A DNA stretch of 64,000 nt, taken from positions 3,123 through 67,122 of the IMG/VR virus record IMGVR_UViG_3300038412_000036; one strand, given 5' to 3'. The stretch comes from a virus (Duplodnaviria; Caudoviricetes). Position numbers and translations under genes: made by a program. The notes under the pieces were generated by a model. It did not search any database and had not been told where the DNA came from. It saw only the letters and a program-made list of their open reading frames with translations. Below are positions 1-7,663 of the stretch, piece after piece (position 1 is the first letter of the stretch; each line of letters starts with the position of its first letter).

Positions 1-95
1 TCATTGCGGTGATCGTCGCTGGTGCGGCCTACCTGATACTGGTCGGACTGGCGCAGCACTTCAGCGGTGTCGAAGCAATCGGAGGAGCAGGATGA
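1..95 (+). CDS. 3' end of small membrane protein (partial)
   Basis: Hand translation from nt 3: IAVIVAGAAYLILVGLAQHFSGVEAIGGAG*, hydrophobic; its TGA overlaps the next ATG. Confidence 0.5.
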   Translation, partial: IAVIVAGAAYLILVGLAQHFSGVEAIGGAG

Positions 96-268
96 CAGAG
101 GACAAACTCGCACAGAAGTGGGGAGCCTACGGTGGCGACCGCAGACTGAGCCCACACTTCCCGAAACTCGACGAGGCACGCGTCCGGCGGCGCAGCCGCT
201 TGTTCGTCATTGCCATCTGGATGATCGCGCTCGGCTCTGCTATCGCTGTGGTTGCGGCATCCCAGTAG
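92..268 (+). CDS. small membrane protein (58 aa)
   Basis: Hand translation MTEDKLAQKW...RLFVIAIWMIALGSAIAVVAASQ*; GGAGG RBS upstream; C-terminal hydrophobic helix. Confidence 0.6.
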   Translation: MTEDKLAQKWGAYGGDRRLSPHFPKLDEARVRRRSRLFVIAIWMIALGSAIAVVAASQ

Positions 269-278
269 GAGTCCAAAA

Positions 279-548
279 ATGAAGTGGATCGATTTCTCTT
301 TGCGCTTGACTTGGCCCGGGCTGTGGTGGATATCCTCCGCCGTTCTGATCTTGTTTGGCATTTGCATTCTCGTCGAGGTGGGGCATGGACGGAGATCGCA
401 TCACCGCGCGTCCGGCGCGGCCACACGAACGTGCAGTGACGCAGATACTCGATTGGCTTCGGTCGGCCGAGGAAGAGCTAGTGGGCCGGGAGATACTGAC
501 ATTCCGGGGCGCTCGGGGGACTGTAACCGAGCTAAGACTGGACAATGA
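279..548 (+). CDS. hypothetical membrane protein
   Basis: ORF track 252..548, likely ATG at 279 after AGGAG; hydrophobic N-terminal half; 3' half overlaps next ORF. Confidence 0.4.
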   Translation: MKWIDFSLRLTWPGLWWISSAVLILFGICILVEVGHGRRSHHRASGAATRTCSDADTRLASVGRGRASGPGDTDIPGRSGDCNRAKTGQ

Positions 549-633
549 TCACGGTCTGATGTTTACTTTCTGCGAAGGTGAACCGAAGCGCTACTACCCG
601 GTATCGACGATCAGATCATGGTCAGATGTCTAG
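385..633 (+). CDS. hypothetical protein
   Basis: ORF track 355..633; ATG 385 after GAGGTG. Confidence 0.6.
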   Translation: MDGDRITARPARPHERAVTQILDWLRSAEEELVGREILTFRGARGTVTELRLDNDHGLMFTFCEGEPKRYYPVSTIRSWSDV

Positions 634-712
634 GCCGTTTGCGCTGATCGCTCTGGCAGCTTTGCTTCTAGTGCTGGCAAGAGTAGCCGTCTGGATTATG
701 TGTGGCATATGA
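626..712 (+). CDS. 28-aa single-TM peptide
   Basis: Hand translation MSRPFALIALAALLLVLARVAVWIMCGI*; overlaps both neighbours. Confidence 0.45.
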   Translation: MSRPFALIALAALLLVLARVAVWIMCGI

Positions 713-1353
713 GACGAAACGAGGCTCTTGACTTCGTCACGTCCGAGCTGAGCAGCCGGGGCATACGCTTCGACACTGCGACCTCGGGCTCCAATCACAT
801 CGAGATACGCTGGCAGGTCTCTCCCGACAAGGAGGTCCGCAGCTTCTTCGCGCCGAACACGCCGAGCGACCACCGAGGGCGACTAAACGCACGCGCGGCG
901 GTCCGGCGGCTACTGAAGGCCGACGGAGTCAATCTGGAGCCGCCAGCATCGCGCAAACCGGCGGCCCTCCTGCACCGGGCGCTGGAGCTTCCGAAGCACG
1001 TAGACCCCGTCCCCGATCAACTGAAAGCCCTCCGGGGCGAGCTGGCAGACCTAACCGAGCTAATGCTCGACCTGTCGGGCACGGTCACGATGATCCGGGA
1101 GCACATCCTGCATCGCGAGCCGAAGCCCGCGCCGCCACCGAAGCCGCCGAGCGCGCGATCTGTCAAGATCATGGATTACATCGTCGCCAACTGGAGCAGC
1201 CTAGACGCGCTGGCGCGCGACACCGGGCTCACTGAGGCGGCGATCTGGCGCAAGCTACACTACCTGAAAACCAAGAAGGGCGCGCACATCGATCTGGAGC
1301 GACACCGCGTCCGCATTCATCCGACAAAGCCACACCTCGTTAACCGTAAATAG
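709..1353 (+). CDS. HicA-like domain protein with C-terminal HTH
   Basis: N-terminal GSNHIEIRW...PNTPSDHRGRLNARAAVRRLL resembles phage HicA-like proteins; C-terminal SLDALARDTGLTEAAIWRKLHYL is HTH-like. Confidence 0.55.
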   Translation: MRRNEALDFVTSELSSRGIRFDTATSGSNHIEIRWQVSPDKEVRSFFAPNTPSDHRGRLNARAAVRRLLKADGVNLEPPASRKPAALLHRALELPKHVDPVPDQLKALRGELADLTELMLDLSGTVTMIREHILHREPKPAPPPKPPSARSVKIMDYIVANWSSLDALARDTGLTEAAIWRKLHYLKTKKGAHIDLERHRVRIHPTKPHLVNRK

Positions 1354-1420
1354 CAACCGCCGTTGACGACCTTCCCGGCGCATGGCATCACGCCCGGGCA
1401 CACCGAATCGAGGGCACCCC

Positions 1421-1648
1421 ATGGCGCGACGATCAACCGACCATCTCAACTTCGTCACTGAAGAGCTAACCAGCCGAGGCATCCGCTTCGAAACATCATC
1501 CACCGGCAAGAGCCACATAAAAATTCACTGGCAGGTCGCCGACAAACGGCCGCGCTACTTCGTTGTCCCCAACTCACCGAGCGACCACCGAGGTCGGCTC
1601 AACGCACGCTCAGCGGTACGCCGTATGCTCCGCGAAGATTGCGCTTGA
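1421..1648 (+). CDS. HicA-like protein (paralog of 709..1353 N-terminus)
   Basis: GKSHIKIHW...PNSPSDHRGRLNARSAVRRML; obvious alignment with upstream gene. Confidence 0.6.
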   Translation: MARRSTDHLNFVTEELTSRGIRFETSSTGKSHIKIHWQVADKRPRYFVVPNSPSDHRGRLNARSAVRRMLREDCA

Positions 1649-1663
1649 CGAGCGATTCAAAAG

Positions 1664-1756
1664 ATGGAAAACACATTCATCGCCGCGTGCATCTCGATCA
1701 GCGCGTTCGCGATCTACCTCGGATGCATGTACCTGCTCTTCACGGAGAAGCACTAA
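1664..1756 (+). CDS. 30-aa single-TM peptide
   Basis: Hand translation MENTFIAACISISAFAIYLGCMYLLFTEKH*; TAATG coupling to next gene. Confidence 0.5.
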   Translation: MENTFIAACISISAFAIYLGCMYLLFTEKH

Positions 1757-1938
1757 TGCTCGCCCACTACCTGCCCCGGCTCGCCAACCACGCAGGCTCG
1801 CGCCGCGACCATTGGAGGTTCTTCCTGCTCGGTCTGGCGACCCTGTACGAGGGGCTGGTCATCACTCTCAGTCTCGGCTACCTTAGCGTGGAGGCTCGTG
1901 CCTACGAGCTGTTCATGAGGTACGACGACGATGAATGA
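1756..1938 (+). CDS. small membrane protein
   Basis: ORF track 1639..1938, ATG 1756 coupled; hydrophobic WRFFLLGLATLYEGLVITLSLGYL. Confidence 0.55.
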   Translation: MLAHYLPRLANHAGSRRDHWRFFLLGLATLYEGLVITLSLGYLSVEARAYELFMRYDDDE

Positions 1939-2257
1939 TCTGGGACGCACGCCGGGGAATGCTCTCGCGAAGATCGCAATCGCCGAGGTCACCCGCCGGT
2001 TGGATCAGTACGACGCAGTCGTGCGGCTGCTCGACGAATACACGCTGGCGCTGACGCGCGCCGCGCAAGTCATAGACTACGCCACGGACCGAGAGCTGAC
2101 GCCGAAGCAATACGAAGGGCCGATGCTGAAGCTCTACAGAGAGCACCGGGAGTGGATCGAAGCACATCGGGCGCGCGGGCTCTTCCCGGCGGCCCCGGGC
2201 ACCAAGGCTCCGGTCGCTCGACCGAAGCGCAAACAGAAGGGCTGGAGGGATACGTGA
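1931..2257 (+). CDS. hypothetical protein
   Basis: ORF track; overlapping start/stop with neighbours. Confidence 0.7.
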   Translation: MNDLGRTPGNALAKIAIAEVTRRLDQYDAVVRLLDEYTLALTRAAQVIDYATDRELTPKQYEGPMLKLYREHREWIEAHRARGLFPAAPGTKAPVARPKRKQKGWRDT

Positions 2258-2490
2258 TCAGTTGGATTATCGTCGCTGCCGCTGCGGTCTTCATCGCGTG
2301 GGTCTATGTCATCACCGTGCGCGCTCTGCGGCACAAGCGCGACGGTCTGTGGACCTCGTGCGAATACGGCCATCTCGCCGAGCGGAAGCGCCGCCGCCCT
2401 TTTGAGGATGCGTTTGATCGAAGCCCCCGGCGATTCGGCAAACGTACCAGCCCGCCGGTCTATTTCGAAAGGATCGACGATGCTAGATGA
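2254..2490 (+). CDS. small membrane protein
   Basis: GTG 2254 after GGAGG; N-terminal TM helix ISWIIVAAAAVFIAWVYVITV. Confidence 0.55.
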   Translation: MISWIIVAAAAVFIAWVYVITVRALRHKRDGLWTSCEYGHLAERKRRRPFEDAFDRSPRRFGKRTSPPVYFERIDDAR

Positions 2491-2617
2491 TACCAAGGCA
2501 CTTCTCAGGGGCGTCGCGCTCGGCACCGCCATGGCCGTCGCTGTCATTCTGCCGCTACCGTGGCTGATCGTCGGATTCGTTTGGTACTGCGAATATGTCA
2601 GCCGCCTCTTCCACTGA
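2480..2617 (+). CDS. small membrane protein
   Basis: ATG 2480 after AAGGA; hydrophobic ALLRGVALGTAMAVAVILPLPWLIVGFVW. Confidence 0.55.
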   Translation: MLDDTKALLRGVALGTAMAVAVILPLPWLIVGFVWYCEYVSRLFH

Positions 2618-2629
2618 AAGGATCGACCC

Positions 2630-2770
2630 ATGATGGATTTGGATCAGATCAAGAAAGCGAACGCGAATCCGAAGGAGTTCTATCGGAGCCGCTTGAGCGA
2701 CTACGAAGCCGCGCAGATCGACAACGAGAAGCGCAACAACGAAAGGAAGACACGTGCAAGACCCGAATAA
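2630..2770 (+). CDS. hypothetical protein (46 aa)
   Basis: Hand translation MMDLDQIKKANANPKEFYRSRLSDYE...; AAGGA RBS. Confidence 0.5.
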   Translation: MMDLDQIKKANANPKEFYRSRLSDYEAAQIDNEKRNNERKTRARPE

Positions 2771-2969
2771 CATCTCCCCGACCGACAAGAAGCTCGACCT
2801 CGTGCTGCGTGCTCTGCACATCCTGATCCGGACGAGCTATGCCCCGTCCGAGCCGGGCGCGAACCTCCGGCACTTCGACGGCCTCCGCCGCGACATCGGC
2901 CCATGGTTGCAGGACTATTCTGCGGCCTTCAGCGATGGTTCCGAGCCGGGACAGACGAGTCACGGTTAA
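2754..2969 (+). CDS. hypothetical protein
   Basis: ORF track; GTG start after AGGAAG. Confidence 0.5.
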   Translation: MQDPNNISPTDKKLDLVLRALHILIRTSYAPSEPGANLRHFDGLRRDIGPWLQDYSAAFSDGSEPGQTSHG

Positions 2970-3066
2970 GCATAAAACTAATCGAGTCTTGTGCCTTTGT
3001 GGGATGCGTGTTAGCTGCATGGCAGGGTTGAGAATTATCTCGACCCTGACATGTGAGGTCTAACCA

Positions 3067-3363
3067 ATGCGTATCCCCGACGTGCGAAAACAGCTTTCGC
3101 AGGCTGCGGACGACCTCCGGACAGGTGCCCGGAAGCCGGACGAGATCGCGAGAGTGTTGGACTATCTCGTCACAGAGCTGTGGCGGAAGAAGGGACGGCG
3201 TAAGGTTGGCAAAGCCATCCGCACGCCGCTGACACCCGAGCTGAAGAAGGAGATCAGGGTCTATGCTGCAAAGCATAAGGATCAGGACCTCCAAGAGATC
3301 GCCAACCGGTTCAACGTGAACCCGGGCCGCGTCTCTGAAATTCTCTCGGGACCGAGGAAGTAA
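3067..3363 (+). CDS. HTH DNA-binding protein
   Basis: C-terminal DLQEIANRFNVNPGRVSEIL is a typical helix-turn-helix. Confidence 0.7.
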   Translation: MRIPDVRKQLSQAADDLRTGARKPDEIARVLDYLVTELWRKKGRRKVGKAIRTPLTPELKKEIRVYAAKHKDQDLQEIANRFNVNPGRVSEILSGPRK

Positions 3364-3418
3364 TAGGCACCGGCTGGAGCAGAGGGCAGCCGGTGTCTCC
3401 CAACCCTGAGAGGGACAC

Positions 3419-3703
3419 ATGGCGAAGACCAGACGGACGAAGAGAAACGGTAAGGCTCCGATCAAGAGCCGCAACATCACGCTCGCTGTCGTGAAGAACG
3501 GCGAGCGCAAGCAGGCACACAAAAACGCGACCACGACCCACGTCGGCCTCGTGCTGACCGGCGTGAATCGCGGCAAGCTCTATCCCTATCGCAGCGTGAA
3601 GCGCGGCGGCCCGGACGTGAGGCTGACCAAGCGCACCGTCGTCGGCACTGTTGCTGGCGCGGCCAAGAGTGCCGTGCAGCGCTTGGCGGAGATCGGCCGG
3701 TGA
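3419..3703 (+). CDS. basic hypothetical protein
   Basis: ORF track; GAGGG RBS; Lys/Arg-rich. Confidence 0.7.
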   Translation: MAKTRRTKRNGKAPIKSRNITLAVVKNGERKQAHKNATTTHVGLVLTGVNRGKLYPYRSVKRGGPDVRLTKRTVVGTVAGAAKSAVQRLAEIGR

Positions 3704-3861
3704 GCAAGAAAGAAGCTTTGATGAAGCTCGCCTTCGCCGCCTTCATGTTCTTCGTGGCGGTCCCGGCATCCATCGTCTGGTCGGTCCACTACTGCTCGCC
3801 GCAGGCGGTGTGGTTCTGGTGCGATATGCTTGGGCTGTGCAGCTCGGTCGGCTGCCACTAG
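3700..3861 (+). CDS. small Cys-rich membrane peptide
   Basis: Hand translation MSKKEALMKLAFAAFMFFVAVPASIVWSVHYCSPQAVWFWCDMLGLCSSVGCH*; GTGA overlap. Confidence 0.5.
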   Translation: MSKKEALMKLAFAAFMFFVAVPASIVWSVHYCSPQAVWFWCDMLGLCSSVGCH

Positions 3862-3862
3862 G

Positions 3863-3891
3863 CTTGACAGGCGAATCCTGATCGGCTATAA
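3863..3891 (+). promoter_or_regulatory. sigma70-type promoter for tRNA cluster
   Basis: CTTGAC-N17-CTATAA, close to rhizobial consensus CTTGAC-N17-CTATAT; about 60 nt upstream of first tRNA. Confidence 0.75.
3864..3884 (+). repeat. 21-bp direct repeat, copy 1 (copy 2 at 59879..59899)
   Basis: TTGACAGGCGAATCCTGATCG identical at both sites. Confidence 0.9.
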
Positions 3892-3952
3892 GCGCGGCAT
3901 CATGACCAGCCGCTTTCAGACCGCGAAGACCCCGAGCAACCCCCGCCCATTT

Positions 3953-4031
3953 CAGGGCGTGGGGGAGTTTGGCCGTCCCCGCCAGTCTCGGACACTGGAG
4001 ATCGTCGGTTCAAATCCGACCGCCCTGACCA
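3953..4031 (+). tRNA. tRNA-Pro(CGG)
   Basis: Cloverleaf by hand: acceptor CAGGGCG/CGCCCTG, anticodon arm CCAGT-CTCGGAC-ACTGG, T-loop TTCAAAT, encoded CCA. Confidence 0.92.
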
Positions 4032-4056
4032 ATCCCCAAAATCAACGCTGAGCCTT

Positions 4057-4130
4057 ACGGGCTTGGTGTAACGGTAGCACAACGGGCTCTGAACCCGTTT
4101 GTCTGGGTTCGAGTCCTAGAGCCCGTGCCA
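4057..4130 (+). tRNA. tRNA-Gln(CTG)
   Basis: Acceptor ACGGGCT/AGCCCGT, anticodon arm ACGGG-CTCTGAA-CCCGT, T-loop TTCGAGT, encoded CCA. Confidence 0.92.
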
Positions 4131-4132
4131 GT

Positions 4133-4207
4133 TGGAGAGTGGCGAAGTGGTAACGCGCCGCACTGTTAATGCGGTCACCGCAGGTTCGAAACCTGCCTCT
4201 CCAGCCA
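4133..4207 (+). tRNA. tRNA-Asn(GTT)
   Basis: Acceptor TGGAGAG/CTCTCCA, anticodon arm CCGCA-CTGTTAA-TGCGG, T-loop TTCGAAA, encoded CCA. Confidence 0.92.
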
Positions 4208-4212
4208 AATTT

Positions 4213-4500
4213 CTAAGCGACCCTCCGGCCGCCCATGGTCGAGGCGATGATCAGCGCAGCCGCGCGGCGATCCAAGCCGATGTGCTCGTTGAGCCCGTCA
4301 GCCCACTCCCGCGCCTCGTCTTGCGACTTGAACACCCGCTTGCACGGATGATAGCCGGGCTCGTTGGCGACCGCGACGCCGAGCTTCCATGCATCACCTT
4401 CGCAGACCTCGGCGAACGCGTAGCGCTTGCCCGGGAAGGCTCCGGCGACGATCTGGTCGAGCAGCGCCGCCTCAAGATTGGTGCTAGTGAAGTCACTCAT
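4213..4500 (-). CDS. hypothetical protein
   Basis: ORF track; GGAGA RBS; last gene of minus-strand cluster. Confidence 0.7.
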   Translation of the reverse strand: MSDFTSTNLEAALLDQIVAGAFPGKRYAFAEVCEGDAWKLGVAVANEPGYHPCKRVFKSQDEAREWADGLNEHIGLDRRAAALIIASTMGGRRVA

Positions 4501-4726
4501 GTGTCATCTCCAAACATGCCCGGACAATTCCGCGTGCCGGTCCAGCCACTCTCCGAGCGTATAGTCGCTGATCCGATAGGTCGCCACCGAGCTTGCACGC
4601 CACAGCGGCGCGTCGCCCTCGGCGAAGTAGAAGTAGCCGCTAGGGTCGCGCACAAGCACCTCAGACCGCCCGGCGGCCTTGAGGAGCTTGTTGACTTGCG
4701 CGCACCGAGTCGGGCGAATGGAAAGG

Positions 4727-5011
4727 TCAGCCACGGGCGACCTCGTGCGGGTAGATGCCGAGCCAGTAGTTCGGCTTGTGCGAGCGGCCGTAAGCCTCCA
4801 TCGCATACGAGGCTTCATAGGCCGGGTCGTCCGGGCACGTAGCCGGGACGAGCCAGACCGAGCGGGAGAGGTGGTCCCGGGTGGTGACGGCGACGATGCC
4901 GTCAACGAACGCGCTCTCAGGCTCTTGGCCCCGAAAGCTATAGACCATGTAGTTGCCGCTGAAGGTGTAGTCGCGGCTCGACACGCGATTGGTGATTGTC
5001 TCGACGCTCAT
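4727..5011 (-). CDS. hypothetical protein
   Basis: 3' part of ORF 4727..5335, ATG at 5011 coupled to upstream stop. Confidence 0.55.
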   Translation of the reverse strand: MSVETITNRVSSRDYTFSGNYMVYSFRGQEPESAFVDGIVAVTTRDHLSRSVWLVPATCPDDPAYEASYAMEAYGRSHKPNYWLGIYPHEVARG

Positions 5012-5181
5012 ATCTGACTGCTTTCCACGTGATGAAGATTTGCATTGCTGTCGTAGAACAGCCTGCACTCGTAAACTTTGCCATCGACCTCGACGGTCTG
5101 GATGCGGCCGATCCGGACGCCTCCGACAGTCGGCAGATGACGCACTTCGCGGTCCGAAAGAATTTTGCCGGTGGTAGCCAT
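5008..5181 (-). CDS. hypothetical protein (57 aa)
   Basis: MATTGKILSD...; GGAGAG RBS; downstream of CtrA-type element. Confidence 0.6.
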   Translation of the reverse strand: MATTGKILSDREVRHLPTVGGVRIGRIQTVEVDGKVYECRLFYDSNANLHHVESSQI

Positions 5182-5234
5182 GTGGTGTCTCTCCATTTGT
5201 TGCGGAGAGAATACGCCTCCCGCCCGGGAGTGCG

Positions 5235-5271
5235 CAAGCACATCTAGGATTGATGGTTAATAGACCGTTAA
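5235..5271 (-). promoter_or_regulatory. CtrA-box promoter element 1
   Basis: Minus strand TTAA-CGGTCTA-TTAAC then N16-GCTTG; perfect CtrA consensus. Confidence 0.7.
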
Positions 5272-5576
5272 AGCCCACGGCTCCACTTGTCGTCAATCCA
5301 CTCGCACACCCGGGCGGCCAGCGCGTTCCAGCCACGATCCGAATAGTCGTTCGGGATGGCCGCGACGATGTCCGGGTTGCGCGTCGCCTCGGCGATGCGG
5401 CGCATACTCAGCCGCAGAATAGCAAGCTCACTTTCGGTCGTCCTCACGACTATCCTCCTTGCTGACAGGCAAATCACGCCACGCTTCGCCGAGCTGTTGC
5501 GCGGCCAGCTTCGCGCGCACGCGCTCGCGCGCCTCGCGCTCGATCCGAGCGACCTCAATCACGATGTCGTCGAACA

Positions 5577-5909
5577 TCACTTGACATCTCCGCGCTGGTA
5601 GACGAGGAAGCACTCCTTGCTGTCGCGCAAGTATGTGCCCTCCTCGGTGCCCGTGTAGCAGATGGTTTGGTTGTTGCTATAGGCGAAGCCCGCCGTCGTG
5701 CCGTAGGGACGAAACAGCTTGACCTCCTTGTCAGTGACTTGCTTGACGATGGCGGTGCCGAAGGCACCGTCGAACCACTTCACAACGTCACCGACCTGAA
5801 GCTCGCCAACCGGCAGCTCAACGGGAAGCTTTGGCGTGTACCGCTCGCGCATGTTACGCTCCAATCGTTGCATAGTAGCCGGGCGCTTCGACGTGCCACC
5901 GACCGGCAC
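5577..5909 (-). CDS. hypothetical protein (small beta-barrel-like)
   Basis: ORF track; LQVGDVV motif; true start probably near 5852. Confidence 0.6.
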   Translation of the reverse strand: MPVGGTSKRPATMQRLERNMRERYTPKLPVELPVGELQVGDVVKWFDGAFGTAIVKQVTDKEVKLFRPYGTTAGFAYSNNQTICYTGTEEGTYLRDSKECFLVYQRGDVK

Positions 5910-6120
5910 CCAGCGGGCCTTGCTTGGCAGTGATCTTCAGGGGAGAGCCCGTGAAGTAGATCGCCGCCTCGTTGCAATCGGCGAAGTCCGCCTCGTCGAT
6001 CCAGCACGCGATGCGAGCCTTCCAGTTCGGCTGCGGAGCGATCTTGTTGAAGACCGCGACGCGCGCCGCTTGATTAGCGTCGAAGTTCGCGTCGGGGGAA
6101 GGGATGTTCCAGATAGACAT
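5854..6120 (-). CDS. hypothetical protein
   Basis: ATG 6120 after GGAG; first gene after CtrA-type element 2. Confidence 0.65.
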   Translation of the reverse strand: MSIWNIPSPDANFDANQAARVAVFNKIAPQPNWKARIACWIDEADFADCNEAAIYFTGSPLKITAKQGPLGAGRWHVEAPGYYATIGA

Positions 6121-6167
6121 TTGCAGCTCCGTTGTTTCGAGCAACATACGCCGTCCGGCACGGGGCG

Positions 6168-6204
6168 CAAGCACATCTGGGAAAGGTGGTTAAGAAAGGG
6201 TTGA
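6168..6204 (-). promoter_or_regulatory. CtrA-box promoter element 2
   Basis: Minus strand TCAA-CCCTTTC-TTAAC then N16-GCTTG; shares a 14-bp identical block (GCGCAAGCACATCT) with element 1. Confidence 0.65.
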
Positions 6205-6245
6205 CTCGGTAGAAATAGGCTGTTAACCAAGCGCGCACATCACCA

Positions 6246-6274
6246 CTTGCAAACCCACCGAACGGGGCTATAGT
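6246..6274 (+). promoter_or_regulatory. sigma70-type promoter, divergent from early cluster
   Basis: CTTGCA...TATAGT, 30 nt upstream of ATG 6304. Confidence 0.55.
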
Positions 6275-6303
6275 GCCCCGACGGACTCAGTAAAGGTGTA
6301 CCC

Positions 6304-6498
6304 ATGACGAAGAAGTATCGCGTTCAAAAGCTAGTCAAGACCCGGGGCCAGACGGCCGCCGGTCAGACCGACAAGCGTGTGGGTGCGGTCTGGGAAACGA
6401 TTGCGACGAAAGCGAACAAGGCGACCGCCGAGCGTATCGCCAACCACGCGCGCATCGACAACCCCAACGCCCAAATCCGGGTCGAGGAGCGAGCCTAA
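6304..6498 (+). CDS. hypothetical protein
   Basis: ORF track; AAGG RBS; followed by hairpin at about 6504-6533. Confidence 0.65.
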   Translation: MTKKYRVQKLVKTRGQTAAGQTDKRVGAVWETIATKANKATAERIANHARIDNPNAQIRVEERA

Positions 6499-6545
6499 AC
6501 CGAGAGCCGCAGCGCGAATGCTGCGGCCTCTTCAACGATGGAGGA

Positions 6546-6872
6546 TTGCAAGTGGACCTTGAGGAGCTGATTCGCGATGTCGCGTCGAGAGGCGAGCTGA
6601 CGCACCTGTCACTCACCCCGCGCAAGATTGAGAAGGGCGAAAACAAATTCGTCAACGGCTGGGGTGCGACGTTCGCCCCGGCCAGCGTCATGGGCAACAC
6701 GTTCGCCGAGAGCACCGACCCTGTCGAGGCTCTGAAGCAGTGCATCGAGGATGCGCGCATGCGGCGCAAGGCACCGTTCGCCGACGGCGAGGGTGCGAAG
6801 GTGAAACCGAAAAGATCGGGACCGGCGCAGCGTCCGGCCGCCGACGTTGACCTCTCGGACCTCGGCTTATGA
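6546..6872 (+). CDS. hypothetical protein
   Basis: ORF track; GGAGG RBS (start may be GTG 6552). Confidence 0.7.
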   Translation: MQVDLEELIRDVASRGELTHLSLTPRKIEKGENKFVNGWGATFAPASVMGNTFAESTDPVEALKQCIEDARMRRKAPFADGEGAKVKPKRSGPAQRPAADVDLSDLGL

Positions 6873-7090
6873 CGGAGAAGGAAAAACAACGGTACGCTCT
6901 GGACCGCATCATTGTCGGTAACCAGCTCATGATCATGCGCGCTCTTGCAGACGCAGCCGGGTCCGGCTCTAGGGCGCACCGCGAGCTTCACACGCGCGTA
7001 TGCGACATCAAGGATTGGTGGCGCATCTCCTACGGAGAAGAGGTCGGCCACTCGGCCGCGTGGGGAGATCGACGACCAGAAAACGGATAA
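6869..7090 (+). CDS. hypothetical protein
   Basis: ORF track; ATGA overlap. Confidence 0.6.
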   Translation: MTEKEKQRYALDRIIVGNQLMIMRALADAAGSGSRAHRELHTRVCDIKDWWRISYGEEVGHSAAWGDRRPENG

Positions 7091-7215
7091 GGCGCAGCGG
7101 AACGCGACCCGGCCCGGGCGGAGCAATCCGGCCCGGGCATCCGCACCTCAAAACGCCAGTTGTGCGAGTCGTCCGGTTCCTGTACGCTTCAAGCGGTCAA
7201 ATCCGGAGACCCGCC

Positions 7216-7455
7216 ATGGCAAAGCTCACCGCAAAAGCCCGAAAGAACATCAAGCCGTCCAAGTTCGGCGTCCCGCCGAAGAACGGCAAGCCGGGCAAGT
7301 ACCCGATGGAAGACAAGTCGCACGCCGCGAACGCGGAAGCCCGCGCTACCCAACAGGTCAAGAAGGGCAAGCTCTCGCCCGCGCAGGCTGCGAAGATTCG
7401 CCACAAGGCACAGCACGTGCTCGGCGACGCCGATTCGCGCTATCACAACTGCTAA
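7216..7455 (+). CDS. small basic phage protein (DUF6582-like)
   Basis: MAKLTAKARKNIKPSKFGVP...KYPMEDKSHAANAEAR resembles the L..R..LP.S.F..P..RKYP..D..H.RNA.AR phage family; GGAGA RBS. Confidence 0.55.
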   Translation: MAKLTAKARKNIKPSKFGVPPKNGKPGKYPMEDKSHAANAEARATQQVKKGKLSPAQAAKIRHKAQHVLGDADSRYHNC

Positions 7456-7459
7456 GCTC

Positions 7460-7663
7460 ATGAGCGATTATCTGGCAACACTGAGCCGCGTCCACGGGGT
7501 GGGCGGCGGCACGGCGTATCCGGCCCCGGGCAGCAACGGGCCTGCTCAGATGCTTTACAACAACCATGCGACGTACCAGAATGCCAACAACGGACCGGTG
7601 ACCGAGGGAAGCGATAGCTGGCCCGGGTCACAGAACCCGACGACGCAGGAGACACGGCCATGA
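7460..7663 (+). CDS. low-complexity hypothetical protein
   Basis: 3' part of ORF 7160..7663; ATG 4 nt after previous stop; G/N/P/S-rich. Confidence 0.55.
   Translation: MSDYLATLSRVHGVGGGTAYPAPGSNGPAQMLYNNHATYQNANNGPVTEGSDSWPGSQNPTTQETRP

Noticed and set aside
4057-4130. tRNA-Gln as an amber suppressor, implying a recoded genome
   Set aside because: Anticodon is CTG, not CTA, and the large genes read intact with the standard code.
3953-4207. tRNA as an attP core of an integrating phage
   Set aside because: No integrase in the window and no duplicated tRNA 3' end; cannot be supported here.
4132-4842. 236-aa plus-strand ORF
   Set aside because: Overlaps tRNA-Asn and runs antisense to better-supported small genes.
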